DNA of 64,000 bases, taken from positions 372,001 through 436,000 of the forward strand of contig NW_027117342.1 of NCBI RefSeq assembly GCF_038025025.1, in the 5' to 3' direction. Within the stretch, counting starts at the first letter, position 1. Every line of letters begins with the position of its first letter. A model generated the notes under the pieces. That model worked only from the letters and a program-made list of their open reading frames with translations, did not search any database and was not told where the DNA came from. Position numbers and translations under genes: made by a program. This DNA is from Phyllosticta citribraziliensis (taxonomy: Eukaryota). Positions 61,192-64,000 of this stretch are shown here, one piece after another.

Positions 61192-63627
61192 TCACTCGCT
61201 CTCCCCACTCTTCCTCCCCTCGCCCTCGCCCTCCCCCTCCTTCTCCACCCCTCCGACACTCCCCTGCGGCTGCCCTGACCCCGCCGCAAACCCATCCCGC
61301 CAATCGACGCTCCAAACGCTCTCCCTTCGCTCCCACCACTCCCTCCCGCCATCGCCCATCCCCGCACCAATCAAGCTCGCCGACGACGCCCTACGACCTC
61401 CCGCGCCCAACACCCCCGGCCCTGACGCCACAGGCATGAGTGGGCCCAGCCCGTCGTGTGACGCCGCCGACATTCGGTTCGCCGCCGCGCGGTCTGCCTG
61501 CTCGCGCGCCAGCCGCTCGTACGCCTGGCTGCGGGCCTGCTTCTCGCGGTCACTGAGCGACGAGCGCGCGCGGCGCGGGCCCAGGACCGCCATGGACGGC
61601 CGACCGCGCCCGGACGGCGGCGGGTTGAGCGTCGGTGCCGGCGAGCTGATGCGCGACCCGGGGCTGCGCGGCATGCCATTGTCCGCCAGGTCGACGCCCG
61701 CAGCCGAAATGCTCGTCGCCGGGCGCGACTCGAGCGAGTCCGACGGGCGGTGCATATCGCAGCGGGGCGGGACGCGCACGATGCAGCACTGGCAGCGCCA
61801 ACTTCGGCTCCGCTGCGGCGGCGGCTGCGCCATCAGATCTTCCGGGCTGAAGGTGCGCCAGAAGAGGAACGACGAGACCAGCGAGCCGTTTGTGCCGGGG
61901 ATGTGGCGCCACGGCTTCTCGCGCCAACAGAAGACCAGGCTGTTGACGCCGCCCATGATGCAAAGGCAGAAGCCCGAGAGCAGCGTCAGCACGAACGGCG
62001 GCCGCCGCGCGTACTTGGGCTCGTATTGGAAGCAGTGCAGGCAGAAGGGGATGATCCACATGACGATGTAGGCGATGGGGTAGATGAAGATGTTGCGCAG
62101 CTGGCGCGTGATTTCCTTGCGCTTTTGCAAAATGCGTGCGTCGATTGGGTCTGACTGGCGTCTTTTGCGGTCTTGTTCGTCGATACTGGAGGCGATGCTG
62201 GCGCGCACTGTCGTCGGCGCTGTCGAAGCGTTTGTATAAGAGTAGGTGCTAGGTCGGCGGGACGCCGTGTCTGAGTCTTGGAGTAGAGGGAGGTTGAAGG
62301 GCCTAGACGATCTGATGCTCCCTCCAGGTTTCTCAACCTCCTCGATGGTGTTGATGTCGACCGGGTGCGGATTGATGCGCACCGTCGAGTTGCGTCGTCC
62401 GCCAGGAGTTTGGAAGATCGGGCCATTGCTAAAGACATTGAGAGCAGTCAACTCGTCGATGGAGTCGACGGTGGATCCTCGACGAAACTGGATCGGTGGC
62501 GATTTACTGCGTTGTTCAGGTACAAACGGGCCAGGTGCAAAAGGTCCTGGAGTGAAAGGACTGGACGAAAAAGCCTCAGGCGCAACAGGCTCAGGAGTGA
62601 TGGGTTCTCGAGCAACGGGCTCAGGGACGAGTATCTCATCCATCGGCTCCCGATGGCCAGGACTAGGAAGGTCTTCATGTCGCTCAATCGGCTTTTCCTG
62701 CGGCGGCGGTTCTGGTTCAGACATGTTGCCGGAAGAGTCTTGCACAACCTTGGAAAAGACGCGAAACTCGCGGTGGACATGGAAATAAATGGCAAACGCA
62801 AGACTGATTACAACAACCCAGATGAGAAGCCGTGGCACCCACGAGCAGACGAGTCGGTACCATATTGGCCTCAGCGGAAGCGACACAAAAGCGCCCTGGG
62901 CGAGATAGGTAGGGTTCGTAGGCGTGGTGAAGGGGATTGATGCAGAAATTATGGGTATGATGACTATGGCCGCGTACACCCAGTGTCTATGCCTGTAGAG
63001 ACGATCCGTTCCGACACCAGACACGGGTGGTTTGAAGACTGATATTGCGCCGTGGATGGCAATGAAGAGAACGGAGAAGTCTGCAAGTATCAGCGCGCGT
63101 CGCCCGCAAGATTCGACCGCACCCACCAGACATTTCGCTAAAGAATTGAATGAAGAATCCCGATGCCTGTGCGAAGCCGGTTTTCGAACTGACGGTCCCC
63201 TGAGTAAAGTATACCAGGGAGAAAATCATGTACCAAAGAGCTCTGTTCAAGTCTCCACAGACGAGAAGCATGATCAATCTGTTACCAATCAGCAATGAAA
63301 TTGTACGAGGACGAGCACTTACTTGTGGCGAAATCTCTTTTCCATTCGACAGAACCAATAGAATGCAATCAGAGCTATCGTCAAGCTCACACACGAACAG
63401 GTCACAGCAACGACCTGGGTAATAAACTTGTGATAGTCGGTAAGATAAAACAGGACGTCGCCATCAGCGTTATTTACCCGATCTGTTTTTGCAGTGACCC
63501 ATTCGATTTCTGCTGCCTGCATGAGGTCGAGCCGTTTGGAATGGCCGCAGCCATGCTGGATACCAGCCACGGTCGACTCGCAACTTGGTACAGGGCCATT
63601 GTCCCGGTAATTGCGTAAAAGTGGCAT
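61192..63627 (-). CDS. Git3/Gpr1-family (carbon-sensing type) G-protein-coupled receptor
   Basis: FYWFCRMEKRFRH|KLIMLL, QASGFFIQ, QGAFVSLPLRPIWYRL, RQLRNIFIYPIAYIVMWIIPF, VNSLVFCWREKPWRHIPG. Introns at ~63279-63322 and ~63082-63128. The start ATG at 63627 is inferred. Confidence 0.88.
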
Positions 63628-64000
63628 CCTAGAGCGAACCCTAGAAGATACCAATGGGAGAGATTTGAGAGCGCAATACCAGGAACGACAGTGAACACTC
63701 GAGATGGACTGGAAGGAACATGGCGGGGGTGGTCTTTTAGAAGCCCGTCGACGAGCGTGTATGAGACATTTCCGCAGCTTCGCAGATGATGTATTTCGGG
63801 CCTGCTTTCCCTTGTATGATGAAATTCGATGCGACTGAGAGGAACATGTTGCTGATGTAGTTTGGTGGGGTAGACATGAAGAGGCTTGGTGGTTGAAAAC
63901 GGCAAGACAAACAAAGCCAACGAAAAGCTGGCAGTAAACGCGAATGCAGCCAGTCTCGACCACAGAGGAAATTTGTTTGACATTTTCATCTGCAATTGGA

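Overview
Eukaryotic, intron-containing genomic DNA from a filamentous ascomycete (short GT-AG introns with CTRAC/CTAAC branch sites; Dothideomycete-like, taxon not certain). The flanks hold ordinary conserved genes: a multi-exon Yvc1/TRPY1-type cation channel, a C2H2 zinc-finger factor, POP5, the PI31 proteasome regulator, an FNIP/Lst4-like protein, an NADP-dependent short-chain dehydrogenase, an MFS (allantoate/nicotinate permease-like) transporter and a Git3/Gpr1-type GPCR. The main find is about 25 kb (30.7-55.8 kb) holding a head-to-tail array of roughly 15 small-to-medium genes, all on the + strand, that I cannot assign to any known family. Eleven carry the same unrecognised core domain: (HPGW)..SPSLxP..(H/C)(S/A)T(P/A)PE(V/I)xxW ... 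(Y/F)PxGAxG..RP ... (P/S)SxLR. Three more share separate N- and C-terminal modules with them. This points to an old tandem expansion with domain shuffling, and it includes one pseudogene that appears to contain a foreign transcription-factor fragment. All family assignments come from reading the sequence by eye; no database searches were run.
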